Assembly: GCA_950097015.1 (NCBI GenBank) | Contig: CATNEN010000008.1 | Location: 3,534,001-3,598,000, forward strand | Direction of reading: 5' to 3' | DNA: 64,000 bases | DNA from: Macrostomum hystrix | Taxonomy: Eukaryota > Animalia > Platyhelminthes | Part shown: piece by piece, positions 26,023-41,501 of the stretch | Numbering within the stretch: position 1 is the first letter of the stretch | How the letters are laid out: each line of letters begins with the position of its first letter | Made by a program: the position numbers and the translations under genes | Notes under the pieces: generated by a model | The model's input: the letters and a program-made list of their open reading frames with translations, nothing else | The model's database searches: none | Told to the model about the DNA's origin: nothing

Positions 26023-28137
26023 TTAGCCCGGACCAGCGTTGCTGCTATTCGGCTCATCGTCCTGATCGTCGTAGCCATCGTCCGCCAGCCGTTGCGGTTG
26101 CGGCCGGCGTCGCCTCGCGGCCAGGGTTGGCGAGGCGGCCGAGTCTTCGCCAACAAGGGCGGCAGCGGCTGCGGCGGCGGCCCAGGCCTCGGCGGTGGCG
26201 GTCAGGCGGTTGGTGTGAGCCGCCGCCAGCCCGTGAAGCAGAGTCCGCGTGTCCTGCCGCCTGTCCAGCCGCCACCGATCCAGATCGGCTGTGAGGTCGG
26301 CGCAGGCCGCGCTGGCGATGTCCGACAGGCGATCGCTACGGCTTGACAGCTCAGCCAGGCGCTCTGCTATGGATGCTGACGACTGACCCGACTGCTGTTG
26401 CTGCTGCTGCTGCTGAAACTGGTGCAGATTGTCCTTGGCCGACTGGGCCTGCGACTGGGAGGGTTCACATAGGTCGACTAATATTACCCACCTTCGCTGA
26501 CCCGGATAAAACATGCAATTCATTCACACCCAACTCAAGACTCATTCACACCCAACTCAAGACTCATTCACACCCAACTCAAGTCGCATTCACACTCAAC
26601 TCAAGACTCATTCACACCCAAGCCAGACCCAATCGCAGTGAAATCCCGCAGTCACCTGCAGGCCAGACGCCCTTGCCAGGCAGGAGCGCACGCAGCCGCT
26701 GTACAGCAGATACTCGTGCATCGGCTGGCCGACCTCTTCGGCGGCGAATTCGGCCAAATCTTCGGCGGCGCGAACTCCGTCGCTGGCGGCTTTAGCGGCG
26801 CGTCGAAGATCTTCAACGGCCCGGCTGTCACTGTCGCCGCCGCCGTCAGCAGTCCAGGCCTTCTCAGCTAGCTGGAGGCTGTAGAGAGCTTCGGCCAGGG
26901 CCGCCTCCTCCGTGGCGAGGCCGCGCAATTCGCCAGCCAGACGGTCGGAGGCCTTCTCGAAGCGGCCAAATAGGCGCCCGACGCCGGCCGCGGCGCGATC
27001 AGCGGCGGCGAACTCCGGCCGCAGCGACTGGGCTGGCCGGCGACCCTTCGACAACAGCAGCTGAGGCAGCATTGAAGACAGCTGATGCTGCTGCTGCACA
27101 AGCTTGCACTGGCGCTCGAACTCGTGACAGTCGGTTGAGGTTAAAAAGGATACAAAGACCGGAGCGGCGGACAAGACCGCGTTGTCGGCCAGGCGGCCAA
27201 TGAAGCGCTGAAGGGCGCGAGCTCGCCTGTGAAGGAAGCGGGTATCGAATCTGTCGATGGTGGCCAGCGGGTGCTTCTCGGGCAGTGGCGGCAGGACTCG
27301 GCCAGGCCAGGCATCGGCCAGAGCCGCGCGGAGCCGGGAGAAGTCTGTGAATCGACGCCGGACAATGTGCACAAGATCGGCGATCTCAGGTCTGGTGCCA
27401 TTTGTGGTCACCCGGTACAGCACGAAGGCCTCCATTGCGGTTACCTGCGCAGGTGTGAGGAGGCAGGTGAGAGGCAGCCGATGGAGTCAGGTGGGGAGCG
27501 GATGAAGTCAGGTGAGGGGCGGATGAAGTCATGTGAGGCGCGGATGAAGTCAGGTGAGGGGCGGATAAAGTCAGGTAGGGGGCGGATGAAGTCAGGTTAG
27601 GGGCGGATAGGAGTCAGGTGGCGGCGGAAATTGGTCGGGTGAGGGCGGATGTTGCCACTGTCACATTTTTACCTTTTTAATGGGATCATCCACCGTGACA
27701 AACAGGTCGTTGGTCTCCTGCCTAGTGGCAATTCTGTCCGCAGAGGAAGACAACGAAGCGGTCGAAGCCGCGTTGGCCGGCGGTGGCGGTGGCAGAGGCG
27801 GCGGGAACTGGTCCCGCTGCTGCGGCAGCACAGTGGACTTAGCGACAATCTTCGTCACTGAGACGTCGCTGTCGCTGCTGTTACCGTCGTCGCATTCGAC
27901 TTCAACCTCGCCGTCATCACCTCCAAAACTAGCCAATGTCGAATTATAGTCGAAACGGCGACTACCAGCCAGGGTGAGCTCCGGCGAGGCGGGCACAACT
28001 GCCGCCGTTTCGGCGCCAATTTCGAGGTCGTTCTTCAGCTCCGTCTGCAGCCGCTTGCGATCTAAACTGGACGCAACTGCGTCATCTGCGTCAGCGGCTG
28101 CCGCCGCGGCAGACAGCGGGTCGATTGCGTCTGTCAT
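26023..28137 (-). CDS. SNX30: PX-BAR sorting nexin, SNX7/SNX30 family, 3 coding exons
   Basis: Exons 28137-27673, 27444-26656, about 26454-26023 (last acceptor approximate). DLFVTVDDPIKK|VTAMEAFVLYRVTT, VRRRFTDF, PPLPEK, DRFDTRFLHRRARALQRF and the BAR end ADLDRWRLDRRQD match SNX7/30; the two cannot be told apart here. Confidence 0.85.
26520..26620. repeat. 22-bp minisatellite in SNX intron 2 (TCATTCACACCCAACTCAAGAC)
   Basis: About 4-5 copies. Confidence 0.8.
27460..27625. repeat. 20-bp minisatellite in SNX intron 1 (GGGCGGATGAAGTCAGGTGA)
   Basis: About 7 copies. Confidence 0.85.
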
Positions 28138-28239
28138 CGGGTCGAATGTTCAGTTGCGAACCTTGATCTTTCAAGCTGAAGTCAGGCTGGAATATGAATA
28201 GATAGGAATTGGAATAGACTGGGAAATGACAGCCACAGC

Positions 28240-28440
28240 AGATAAATGGACACCCGCTGCTAATAGATGGACACCCACTGCTGATAGATGGACACCCACT
28301 GCTGATAGATGGACACCCACTGCTGATAGATGGACACCCACTGCTGATAGATGGACACCCACTGCTCATAGATGGACACCCACTGCTAATAGATGGACAC
28401 CCACTGCTGAAAGATGGACACCCGCAACAGATAGATTGAC
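28240..28440. repeat. 21-bp minisatellite upstream of the SNX ATG (GATAGATGGACACCCACTGCT)
   Basis: About 9 copies. Confidence 0.9.
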
Positions 28441-29159
28441 ACCCTTGACGCATTTAAAATTTCTTGTCAAAAAAGTCAATATACGCTCGTAATTGTGGAA
28501 AACTAAATGCTCACGGGGGCCACAAAATATTCACTCTAAACCGTTAATTCTGATTCATATTATATAATAATTAGCGGAATAAAAATCGTTAGTTAGCAAC
28601 TAGTGAATTGCACCAAACGCATTCATGAATTTCTACTACTATTGAGGCTTTCATTTTCTACTACTAACAGTAGGCTAATAAGAGCAAAAAATGTAGAGAA
28701 AGAAACTGCTTTCTAGAATATCTGGCGACTAATTTAATCCAGAAAGTAGTTTTCATACAAGGGAGTTACATACGAGTATATTCGAAACTCTATAAAAAAA
28801 TCTCACTTAATTAACAAAATCATCATTTTTAGCTGTTTCGCTCAAGTTTTTACGAAGATACTCGAAATTCGAAAATGGTCTTCAAGCAATCTGAGATTGA
28901 GACTTTGTTATAAGCGATGGTCCGTAAGTGGGTACTACCATAGACGATGGACACTGCAACTGGGTGAATAAGCAAGGGTGTTTCTACCATAGACTATGGA
29001 TGCAATATCGTAGTGAATAAACAAGGGCGTTTCAACTATGGACTGCGGACACCGCGGCTTTATTCATGGAAAACAAAGGTTTTTACCATAGATAACCAAC
29101 AAACACTACAGCTGGGAGGACATACAGCCTGGACGTTTCTACCATAGACAATTTAGAAC

Positions 29160-29295
29160 TAAACAGCTGGTTGAACTGAAGTAATTCAGAGTCAGGTGTC
29201 TAACTGAAGGGATAAATTATTCCAGTAGAGACGGTAATCGAACCCCCGACCTTCAAATCGTAAGTCCGACATTCTAACCACTAGGCTACAACCCC
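29160..29295 (-). mobile_element. tRNA-derived SINE head / pseudo-tRNA (Val-UAC-like)
   Basis: Minus strand GGGGTTGTAGCCTAGTGGTTAGAATGTCGGACTTACGATTTGAAGGTCGGGGGTTCGATTACC: A box TAGCCTAGTGG, anticodon loop CT-TAC-GA, B-box-like GGTTCGATT; T and acceptor stems do not pair, so not a functional tRNA. Confidence 0.6.
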
Positions 29296-29533
29296 TAGAC
29301 ATTAGCTGGGGTAATTGAGGGTGGGTGTGGCGTCCCCCAGTCCATGGACTGAACAGCCGTACATCTTGCAGCTGTGTAGATTAACATCGAGGTTTATACC
29401 ATAGACTATGGATTTTATGTGCTTCCTACGAATAACGGAACAGCGGGAAATCTCAGATTAGCTTTCAGAGCAGCACCAGAGCACGCACAAAAAATGAAAA
29501 ATCTATCAAAAATTTCGGGCACATCCAAAGCTC

Positions 29534-32174
<2,641 letters not shown>

Positions 32175-32229
32175 CTGCGGGTTAACCCCGACAAATGCAC
32201 CCAATTAACGGGGTCGACTGGTTTGCCGT

Positions 32230-33705
32230 GAGGTGGGGTCATTGACCCCTCTGCCTGAAGTTTGCATCCAAATACTGACCCCAGAAATCTTATTCATCAA
32301 GCTGCGTTCTGAAGAGGGTTCATTGACCCCGGCTCGAAAAAGGATTCCTTGAAATGCGGTCTGAGGTAGGGTCATTGACCTCTCTTTCAAAACTGATTCC
32401 ATAACCTACCGTTTGGATGGGGTCATTGACCTCCCTCTCAAAACTGATTATATAACCTATAGTCGGGTGGAGTCATTGACCACCCTCTCAAAACTGATAC
32501 TATAACCTACAGTTGGTGTGTGGTCATTGACCTCCCTCTCAAAACTGATTCTATTACCTACAGTTGGTGTCGGGTCATTGACCTCCCTCTCAAAACTGAT
32601 TCTATTACCTACAGTTGGTGTGGGGTCATTGACCTCCCTCTCAAAACTGATTCTATTACCTACAGTTGGTGTCGGGTCATTGACCTCCCTCTTAAAACTG
32701 ATGTTATAACCTACAATTGGTGTGGGGTCATTGACCTCCCTCTCAAAACGGATTCCATAACCTACAGTTGGTGTGGGGTCATTGACCTCCCTTTCAAAAC
32801 TAATTCTTTAACCTACAGTTGGTGTGGGGTCATTGACCTACCTTTCAAAACTAATTATTTAACCTACAGTTAGTGTGGGGTCATTGACCTCCCTTTCAAA
32901 ACTAATTCTTTAACCTACAGTTGGTGTGGGGTCATTGACCTCCCTCTCAAAACTGATTCTATTACCTACAGTTGGTGTGGGGTCATTGACCTCGCTCTCA
33001 AAACTGATACTATTACCTACAGTTGGTGTGGGGTCATTGACCTCCCTCTCAAAACTGATTCTATTACCTACAGTTGGTGTCGGGTCATTGACCTCCCTCT
33101 CAAAACTGATTCTATTACCTACAGTTGGTGTCGGGTCATTGACCTCCCTCTTAAAACTGATGTTATAACCTACAATTGGTGTGGGGTCATTGACCTCCCT
33201 CTCAAAACGGATTCCATAACCTACAGTTGGTGTGGGGTCATTGACCTCCCTTTCAAAACTAATTCTTTAACCTACAGTTGGTGTGGGGTCATTGACCTCC
33301 CTTTCAAAACTAATTATTTAACCTACAGTTAGTGTGGGGTCATTGACCTCCCTTTCAAAACTAATTCTTTAACCTACAGTTGGTGTGGGGTCATTGACCT
33401 CCCTCTCAAAACTGATTCTATTACCTACAGTTGGTGTGGGGTCATTGACCTCGCTCTCAAAACTGATACTATTACCTACAGTTGGTGTGGGGTCATTGAC
33501 CTCCCTCTTAAAACTGATACTATAACCTACAATTGGTGGTGTGGGGTCATTGACCTCCCTCTCAAAACTGATTCCATAACCTACAGTTGGTGTGGGGTCA
33601 TTGACCTCCCTCTTAAAACTGATACTATAACCTACAATTGGTGGTGTGGGGTCATTGACCTCCCTCTCAAAACTGATTCCATAACCTACAGTTGGGTGGT
33701 CATTG
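32230..33705. repeat. 51-bp minisatellite carrying GGGTCATTGACCT in each unit
   Basis: Unit GGGGTCATTGACCTCCCTCTCAAAACTGATTCTATTACCTACAGTTGGTGT, about 28 copies. Confidence 0.95.
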
Positions 33706-34094
33706 AATAGTTAAAAAACAATACACAAATGACAAAATGACAAAAAACAAGTCACAAATCACAATAAAATAATTCGCGCGAATAAAGCTTCATTCGCATA
33801 TATGCCATTCTTGAATAAATTAATCAATTGTCAATCCGTGCACAATCAAAAGGAAAAAATACAACAAGCACGCAATTTAAGCTACTTATAGTAACGTCAT
33901 AAGCAAATGAAGGGCGTAACAAATAAACAACCGCAATATTTCATCAGCAATTTGGTAGGGAGTGCAGATCAAGTTGATTAAGACTTGAAACTTGAGATCA
34001 AGAATGACATCTGACTTGGGTTGGGATTAACGAGCAGAAGCGAAGCGACTGCTAAAACGCTTTCCAGGATGTTGAGTCACAGTTGCCAAAGCCC

Positions 34095-34186
<92 letters not shown>

Positions 34187-34208
34187 AACAGACAGACAGC
34201 CAGACAGA
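34095..34208. repeat. (GACA)n microsatellite
   Basis: About 28 tetranucleotide units. Confidence 0.98.
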
Positions 34209-35099
34209 CGCAGCGTAGAGTCAATGACTATTGTGCATAGTAGCACAATGGACAAAAAACAATAACAAAAAAACTACAGCCAAAATAATACCGAAATGCA
34301 ATAACAACAGCCAAGAAAAAACGTAACCTAAAAATTGTTTTTGTTATTTTGTTAAACACGAATTAAAACTCGTAGAATTCGATCTGAGTGAAGGAGCAGA
34401 GGGGTGTGATTTCATAGTGATAGGATCAAGCAAAAACGATAGCCTGACATTTGGGGTCATAGTTTAAACAAAACGCAAAAATGTGATATTTGAAGTAAAT
34501 TTTCATTTTGTTCGTGCATAACAAATCAAAAGCAGAGGATAATTACCAATCAATCTATGACAGTTTGGAAGTTGGAGCTCACAGAGACAAAACAAGCAAA
34601 ATATATTGCCGACTAAGAGAGCTAAAATACTTTTAGCTAATTCAGTTTTTGCAACCACCATAGGGAATGAAGAAAGCTATTTACAGCGGTTACTACTGTC
34701 AGTAGTTAAAGTGGTTTATACTTTCTGTACATTTAATATTTAAAACATCCTTTGAAAAGTTTAATCAACATACTGGGCATGTAGAATAAACATTGAAAGC
34801 TTATATTAATAAGCGAGTCCAATTATCAATAAATTCATATTCGTAATTCCTATTAACGATTTTAGAAAACAACTAAATTACAAAGCAATTTAAGCAAAGC
34901 AAAGCAATTTTTTATTGTGTCCAATAAAAAAACAATACACCAAAAATTGATCACAAACCTGACGAATTTCCATGTTCTTGAAATAACAGCTTTTTACGAA
35001 AATTGTTATTTCAATAAAATAAGAACAGATTTTCATTGTTCTTTGTAATAACTGTCGATTAAGCTTATTTAGAGAACACATTTCTAAATTTACATTTTT

Positions 35100-35640
35100 C
35101 CAGATTTACAACTTTCTCTAATCACATCTTCTGATTGCAACTTTCACTAATTACAGCATCTTCGGATTGCAACTTTCTATAATCAAATCTTCTGATTACA
35201 ACTTTCTCTAATCACAACATCTTCTGATTGCAACTTTCTCTAATTACAGCATCTTTTGATTACAACTTTCTTTAATTACAACATCTTCTGATTGCAACTT
35301 TCTCTAATCACAACATCTTCTGATTGCAACTTTCTCTAATCACAACATCTTCTGATTGCAACTTTCTCTAATCACAACATCTTCTGATTGCAACTTTCTC
35401 TAATCACAACATCTTCTGATTGCAACTTTCTCTAATCACAACATCTTCTGATTGCAACTTTCTCTAATCACAACATCTTCTGATTGCAACTTTCTCTAAT
35501 AACTTTCTCTAATTACAGCTTCTTCTGATTGCAACTTTCTCTAATTACAGCTTCTTCTGATTGCAACTTTCTCTAATTACAGCTTCTTCTGATTGCAACT
35601 TTCTCTAATTACTGCTTCTTCTGATTACAGCTTCTTTAGA
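35100..35640. repeat. 32-bp minisatellite downstream of ZIP9
   Basis: Unit AACATCTTCTGATTGCAACTTTCTCTAATCAC, about 16 copies. Confidence 0.9.
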
Positions 35641-35837
35641 CTGCAACTTTTTTATTTTCAAGTTTCTTAGAATTTTATAAGTCTCAATCAACAGTTAAAA
35701 CTTAACACAAGACACCAAAAATGTTTATTTTTTTAATTGAATAGCTTTTTATATATACACTACTGAAAGTAGTTTAAAAAAACAAGTAAACCTGTTTCTT
35801 TAAGACGCGCGGCAATAAGAGGCCTTTAAATCCTCAC

Positions 35838-38800
35838 TCAATGATGCTCATGCGAGTGACCAAGGCTCAGAACTAGAGGCAGGCAGCTGCCGAGAACATT
35901 GAAGAACAGTTCCTTCAGCGTGAAACCCCGGCTGCTCTCAACGCTGACTACAGACCCGGCTCCGCCGCCAGACCCAATCGAGTGACTGCTGTGCCCGGCC
36001 TTCACAAGCTCTGGCAGCACGTGCACTGTGGCCACGTATAGAAATGTGCCAGCAGAGAATAGCATGGCTAGGCCAGTGGCGTTCCATGAGACAAGAGACT
36101 CCTTGCTTTGCTGCGGATGAGAGCGGGCGGAGTGGGATTGTTGGCTGGCTAGTATTGGGTACTTTCAGGTTCTTAACTGAAATCATGAATCATGGGGACT
36201 TGGGACTTAGGAATGAATCCTGAGGATCTTAGGGATTAGGAATGAATCATGAGGATCTTAGGGATTAGGAATGAATCATGAGGATCTTAGGGATTAGGAA
36301 TGAATCATGAGGATCTTAGGGATTAGGAATGAATCATGAGGATCTTAGGGATTAGGAATGAATCATGAGGATCTTAGGGATTAGGAATGAATCATGAGGA
36401 TCTTAGGGATTAGGAATGAATCATGAGGATCTTAGGGATTAGGAATGAATCATGAGGATCTTAGGGATTAGGAATGAATCATGAGGATCTTAGGGATTAG
36501 GAATGAATCATCAGGATCTTAGGGATTAGGAATGAATCATGAGGATCTTAGGGATTAGGAATGAATCATGAGGATTGTCGCGACTTTCGTCTCTGCCTTC
36601 TGTCCTCTATTCACTCTTTCGTTCTCTGCACTTTTCTTGTTTACATCGTCCAGTTCAATCTAGTTCGTTCTCTCTCGTTATCTCTGCGGCAGATCTTTCA
36701 TTCTCTATCCTTTCTTTCTTTCCTCCTTTCTGATTGGTCCGCCGCTCACGTTCTAGCCTCCTCTCCTACCCTCAGTCGCGCACTCATGTTATCGTACCGC
36801 CAACCTCCTCCAGTCTGTCCAACTTAACCATGCTTAAATATATAGTCCAGGGCACAACGCCCTCTCACACTTCACTTGACTTCGCTACTCTCCATCGCAT
36901 CGCACCAACACCCAAGCATTGTTCAAGCCTCTCTTAAATTTGCGTGTAAGTCACGACATGGCCCCCAATGTAGGGATTCTAATCTCCTAAGATTAGGAGA
37001 TGAATCATGAGGATCTTAGGGATTAGGAATGAATCATGAGGATCTTTGGGATTAGGAGATGAATCATGTGGATCTTAGGGATTAGGAATGAATCATGAGG
37101 ATCTTGGGAATTAGGGGATGAATCATGAGGATCTTAGGAATTAGGGGATGAATCATGAGGATCTTTGGGATTAGGAGATGAATCATGTGGATCTTAGGGA
37201 TTAGGAATGAATCATGAGGATCTTGGGAATTAGGGGATGAATCATGAGGATCTTGGGAATTAGGGGATGAATCATGAGGATCTTGGGAATTAGGGGATGA
37301 ATCATGAGGATCTTGGGAATTAGGGGATGAATCATGAGGATCTTAGGAATTAGGAGATGAATTATTAGGATTTTGGGAATTTGGGGATGAATCAAGAGGA
37401 TCTTAGGAATTAAAAGATAAATCATGAGGATCTTGAAAATAAGACGATGAACCTAGAGGATCTTGGGAATTAGGGGATGATTCATGATGATTTTGGGAAT
37501 TAGGAGATCAATCATGAGGATCTTAGGATTAAGGGGATAAATCGGGAGGATCTTGGGAATTAGGGGATGAATCATGAGGATCTTGGGAATTAGGGGATGA
37601 ATCATGAGGATCTTGGGAATTAGGGGATGAATACTGAGGCTATGGGGGACTGTAGGATTATTAGGGGATAGTGTGATGGGCATTTCGCTGACCTGATTCA
37701 AGAAAAGATATGTGATCAAAGCCAGCACGGGAGCAGCCAAAGAGAAGGCCATGAGGTGTCGCTTAATCCGGTTCCTATCGAAGCCGTCGTGAAGCAGGAA
37801 GGAAGTCAAGCCGAAAGCAGCGGGTCCTTTGTGAAGCATGACGGCCACAAAGACAATCAGCTCAACTCGGGTGTGAGAAGTCGACGCGGCGGCGCCCAAG
37901 GCGATGCCATCTGCGGCAGCGTGCACAATGAGGCCCAGGGAGGCTGTGAAACCGGGCCGAGAGTCCGGCAGCTCGGAGACGCGCCGACGATGCGAGGTTG
38001 AGCCGCCGAGCTGGTCGATTAGCAGCATGAACACGAAGCCCAGCACCAGGGTTAAGCCGATTACCTGCCGAGTTTAGGAGGCTCAAGTACGAGTCGTAGT
38101 TATGTCACATTTTGTCATTCTCAGGTAGTTAATAGTTATCCTTGGATCTGTCAGATATTATCCCCGGATCTGTCAGATGTTATCCTCGGATCTGTCAGAT
38201 ATTATCCCCGGATCTGTCAGATGTTATCCTTGGATCTGTCAGATATTATCCCCGGATCTGTCAGATGTTATCCCTAGCTCTGTCAGATGTTATCCCTAGA
38301 TCTGTCAGATATTATCCCCGGATCTGTCAGATGTTATCCTTGGATCTGTCAGATATTATTCCCGGATCTGTCAGATGTTATCCTTGGATCTGTCAGATAT
38401 TATCCCCGGATCTGTCAGATATTATCCCCGGATCTGTCAGATGTTATCCCTAGATCTGTCCAATGTTATCCTCGGATTTGTCAGATGTTATCCTCGGATC
38501 TGTCAAATGTTATCCCTGGATCTGTCAGATGTTATCCCTAGATCTGTCCAATGTTATCCTCGGATTTGTCAGATGTTATCCTCGGATCTGTCAAATGTTA
38601 TCCCCGGATCTGTCAGATGTTATCCTCGGATCTGTCAAATGTTATCCCCGGATCTGTCAGATGAACTATCCTCGGATCTGTCAGATGTTATCCTCGGATC
38701 TGTCAGATGTTATCCTCGGATCTGTCAGATGTTATCCTCGGATCTGTCAGGCTATCCCCGGATCAGGGGGGTCGGTGGCAGAGCGGTTAACGCGTTTGCC

Positions 38801-41501
38801 TCTCGCACCACGGTCCTTAAGTTCGATTCCACGGCGAGGCCACATTTATTTGGGGCGCAGCCGCGGAGAGAAGGCCTGGGGGCTTGTCGTGCAATTTACG
38901 CCCTTGATGGCCAACCTCCAAGGCACAGTGAAGTGTACACTGCCTGACGATGAGAAAGTCAGGGCAGATGTACACACGTGTGTGAGCGTATGCCTGCGTA
39001 CGGTATCTGTGTGCGTGTGTGCTCAGGAGTCAGCGAAATGGGCAGAATTGCCTCCTCGCTGGCTGCGGGTCTAGTGTCACCAAATTATGTGTCATTGCCC
39101 ACAGCCCTCCTGCAATTATTATTTTTATTATCCCCGGATCTGTCAGATGTTATCCCCGGATCTGTCAAATGTTATTCCCGGATCTGTCAGATGTTATCCT
39201 CGGATCTGTCAGATGTTATCCCCGGATCTGTCACAGATTATCCCGGATCTGTCTGATGTTATGCCCGGATCTGCCAGATATATCGCTCGGGTTTGTCAGA
39301 TGTTGTCAGTCAGATTTTCTGATGTATACAATCGAATGCCAAGTTCCAAACCTGATGCTCGTCGAGCCATCCCTCGGCGCCCTCGTGATGATGTCCTGAA
39401 GCGCCTGCCGCGGATCCGCCACCAGAGGCCAAGCCGCCGGCAGCGGCACCGGGAGCTCCGGCCGCCTGAGGAGCAGCCATAGCCTGGATGAGGCGCTTGC
39501 CACCACTGGCTACGGCGGCTGCGGCTGCTGAGTCGGCGTGATGCGGCACGGCATCTTTGGCTGCCAGCAGCAGGTGGCCAGGCGGATCTCCGCCGCCTCC
39601 GATGCCGGCGCCTCTGCTAGCGGAGCCAGGCGCATCGTAGATAGCGTGCACTCCCTCCGGGATGATGACGGAAAGGGCTGTGCCAACAAGCAGGCCGGCG
39701 CCAAATATGGTAACTAGGCGAAGGCGTTCCTGGGGATGGAGAGATATTTCAGAATTTTGAGATCTGCTTTGTGGCCTGTTTTTTGTAGCGAGGCCATATT
39801 CATTTGGGGTGCAGCATTGGAGAGAAGGCTTGGGGGCTTGTTGCACCTTGAGGGCAACCTCCAAGGCACAGTGAAAGTGTACACTGCTGATGATGAGAAA
39901 GTCAGGGCAGATGTACACTCCTGTGTCAGCATGTGCCTGCATAGGGTATCTGTGTGCATGAGTGCTTAGGAGTCAGCAAAATGGGCAGAATTGCATTTTT
40001 GCTGGCTACAGGTCTAGTATCACCAAATAATGCCTAATTGCACACAGCATCCTGCAATTAATTTTATTAAATGGTTACAAATAACCAATTCATAATATGA
40101 CACTTTTATTATTATATACACTAATCTTAAAATTAATGACTAAGCAGAGATATCTATAACATTAATTGATTATAATCTACTAATGACAAATGACTAAATG
40201 AATAAACAAACACTAATTCTAACATCAATGCTATAATCATTAGCTAGCTGAGTATTTTTCACTTAAATAAAAAGTTGACTGTATTGACAGTATTGAGACA
40301 GCAACAAAATTTTGACAGGGAAGAGGATAAAACTTGAGTCCATAATCATTTGAACTTGAAATTGTAATACTACTTTATAGTGTGCATAAGCTACATTTGG
40401 TGTCCAGAAGTTTTTAGCTAACACTTTGTCTTTTATATACTTCTACATGGTTTGCTGTTTTTGACTGGCTATTCAATCCCTACCCCTAACCTAACCTTGG
40501 TGACTAACCTCCTAACAAATTCATTATATACTTTCTCAAGTTCTAGCTAGATGGCTATATAGGACCAACATATGACCCTCCTTTTTTAGCATCAGCACTA
40601 AAGTAGCTAAATAGTATTATCCTAATCTTTAAAAAATCAAGGCTATACTGATAACAAATACATCAATAGTGTATTAAAAACAGACCAGAACAAGCCACAA
40701 TAAACAATATAAAATAGCTTCTTTTGTAGTTGATTTAAAAAATATGTTAAAAAAGCAAAAAGGTATTATTAAGAAATGTGTAAGAAAAACTAAGAAATTT
40801 AGTTTAGGTTATAGGTAACAATTGTTTTGGGATAAAAAATTACCCATAAACAATTCAATCATTTATTTAAAAAATATAAAAATCAATATGGCTTATAAAT
40901 ACTTTGGACCCTCTCAAATAGTTTATATTTTAGCAAAAAATATGCTAATCCAACACATTGATTCTTCAGCAGTTATCAAAATAATGCTAGCTACACACAG
41001 AAAACAAAAAAGATATGAGTAAAACAGAAAACCTAAGGCTGAAAAAATCGAATTTTACCATTAATAATGGAAACTATTTCTGCCATTTAAAAACGAATAG
41101 GCAGCCTATAAAAACACAGGCTGCTAGAAAGATTCCAGAACAGATGTCAGGTGCTTAGCTAGAATTGAGATAAAATATTTCATTAAATAGTATTATTCAA
41201 AATGCAATGTACATTAAAGACAATATGCCATTAAAAAAGTAATTTGTTTAAAAAAAAACACTTTTAGTTACCAGTTAGATACATTAAGAAACTCTTCAAG
41301 TGTAGTATTTGCTTTTGAAACATTGTTAAAAGGAAACTGGAGTAGCAGACTAGGTTATAGATTATAAAAAACATCATAATGACAACATTAATGTGATTTT
41401 ATTACCTCCGATAGACTAAACGCAAGCGGAATCATCCCAATTCCATATGATCCAGCAAGCATGGCAAATGATAGGAAAGCTAGTGTTAAAAATTCCTTCA
41501 T
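35838..41501 (-). CDS. SLC39A9: Zinc transporter ZIP9, 4 coding exons, about 372 aa
   Basis: Exons 41501-41406, 39729-39352, 38064-37693, 36110-35838, all phase 0. [22 protein letters not shown]|[63 protein letters not shown] and [20 protein letters not shown] match ZIP9. Confidence 0.95.
36180..37640. repeat. 29-bp minisatellite filling ZIP9 intron 3 (AGGATCTTAGGGATTAGGAATGAATCATG), interrupted by an LTR
   Basis: About 13 copies left and about 22 copies right of the 36576-36976 insert. Confidence 0.95.
36576..36976 (+). mobile_element. LTR retrotransposon remnant: about 383-bp LTR plus tRNA-Lys-type primer-binding site
   Basis: TG...CA ends with inverted repeats TGTCGCGACTT (36576) and AAGTCACGACA (ends 36958); TATATA near 36840; immediately followed by TGGCCCCCAATGTAGGGA, 14/18 identical to the tRNA-Lys(CUU) PBS TGGCGCCCAACGTGGGGC as recalled. 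Confidence 0.7.
38135..39305. repeat. 22-bp minisatellite in ZIP9 intron 2 (ATCTGTCAGATGTTATCCCCGG), interrupted by a SINE
   Basis: Tandem copies at about 38135-38765 and about 39130-39305; each unit carries the palindromes ATCTG-T-CAGAT and ATCC-CC-GGAT. Confidence 0.95.
38766..39129 (+). mobile_element. Full-length tRNA-derived SINE (copy A)
   Basis: A box TGGCAGAGCGG (38776-38786), B box GTTCGATTCC (38821-38830), central body repeated at 39788-40068 and 44612-44780, and an (ATT)n-like 3' tail. Confidence 0.8.
39785..40068 (+). mobile_element. 5'-truncated, CpG-decayed copy of the same SINE (copy B)
   Basis: Colinear with 38835-39125 through body and tail; head missing. Confidence 0.8.

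Noticed and set aside
28930-29150. CTACCATAGAC(T/G)ATGG palindromic repeats spaced about 50 bp apart, CRISPR-like at first sight
   Set aside because: The spacers are related to each other (GTGAATAA.CAAGGG.GTTT), repeats are degenerate, and there are no cas genes; it is a decayed tandem repeat.
29224-29295. Functional tRNA-Val(UAC) gene
   Set aside because: T-arm and acceptor stems do not pair and no oligo-T terminator follows; treated as a SINE head or pseudogene.
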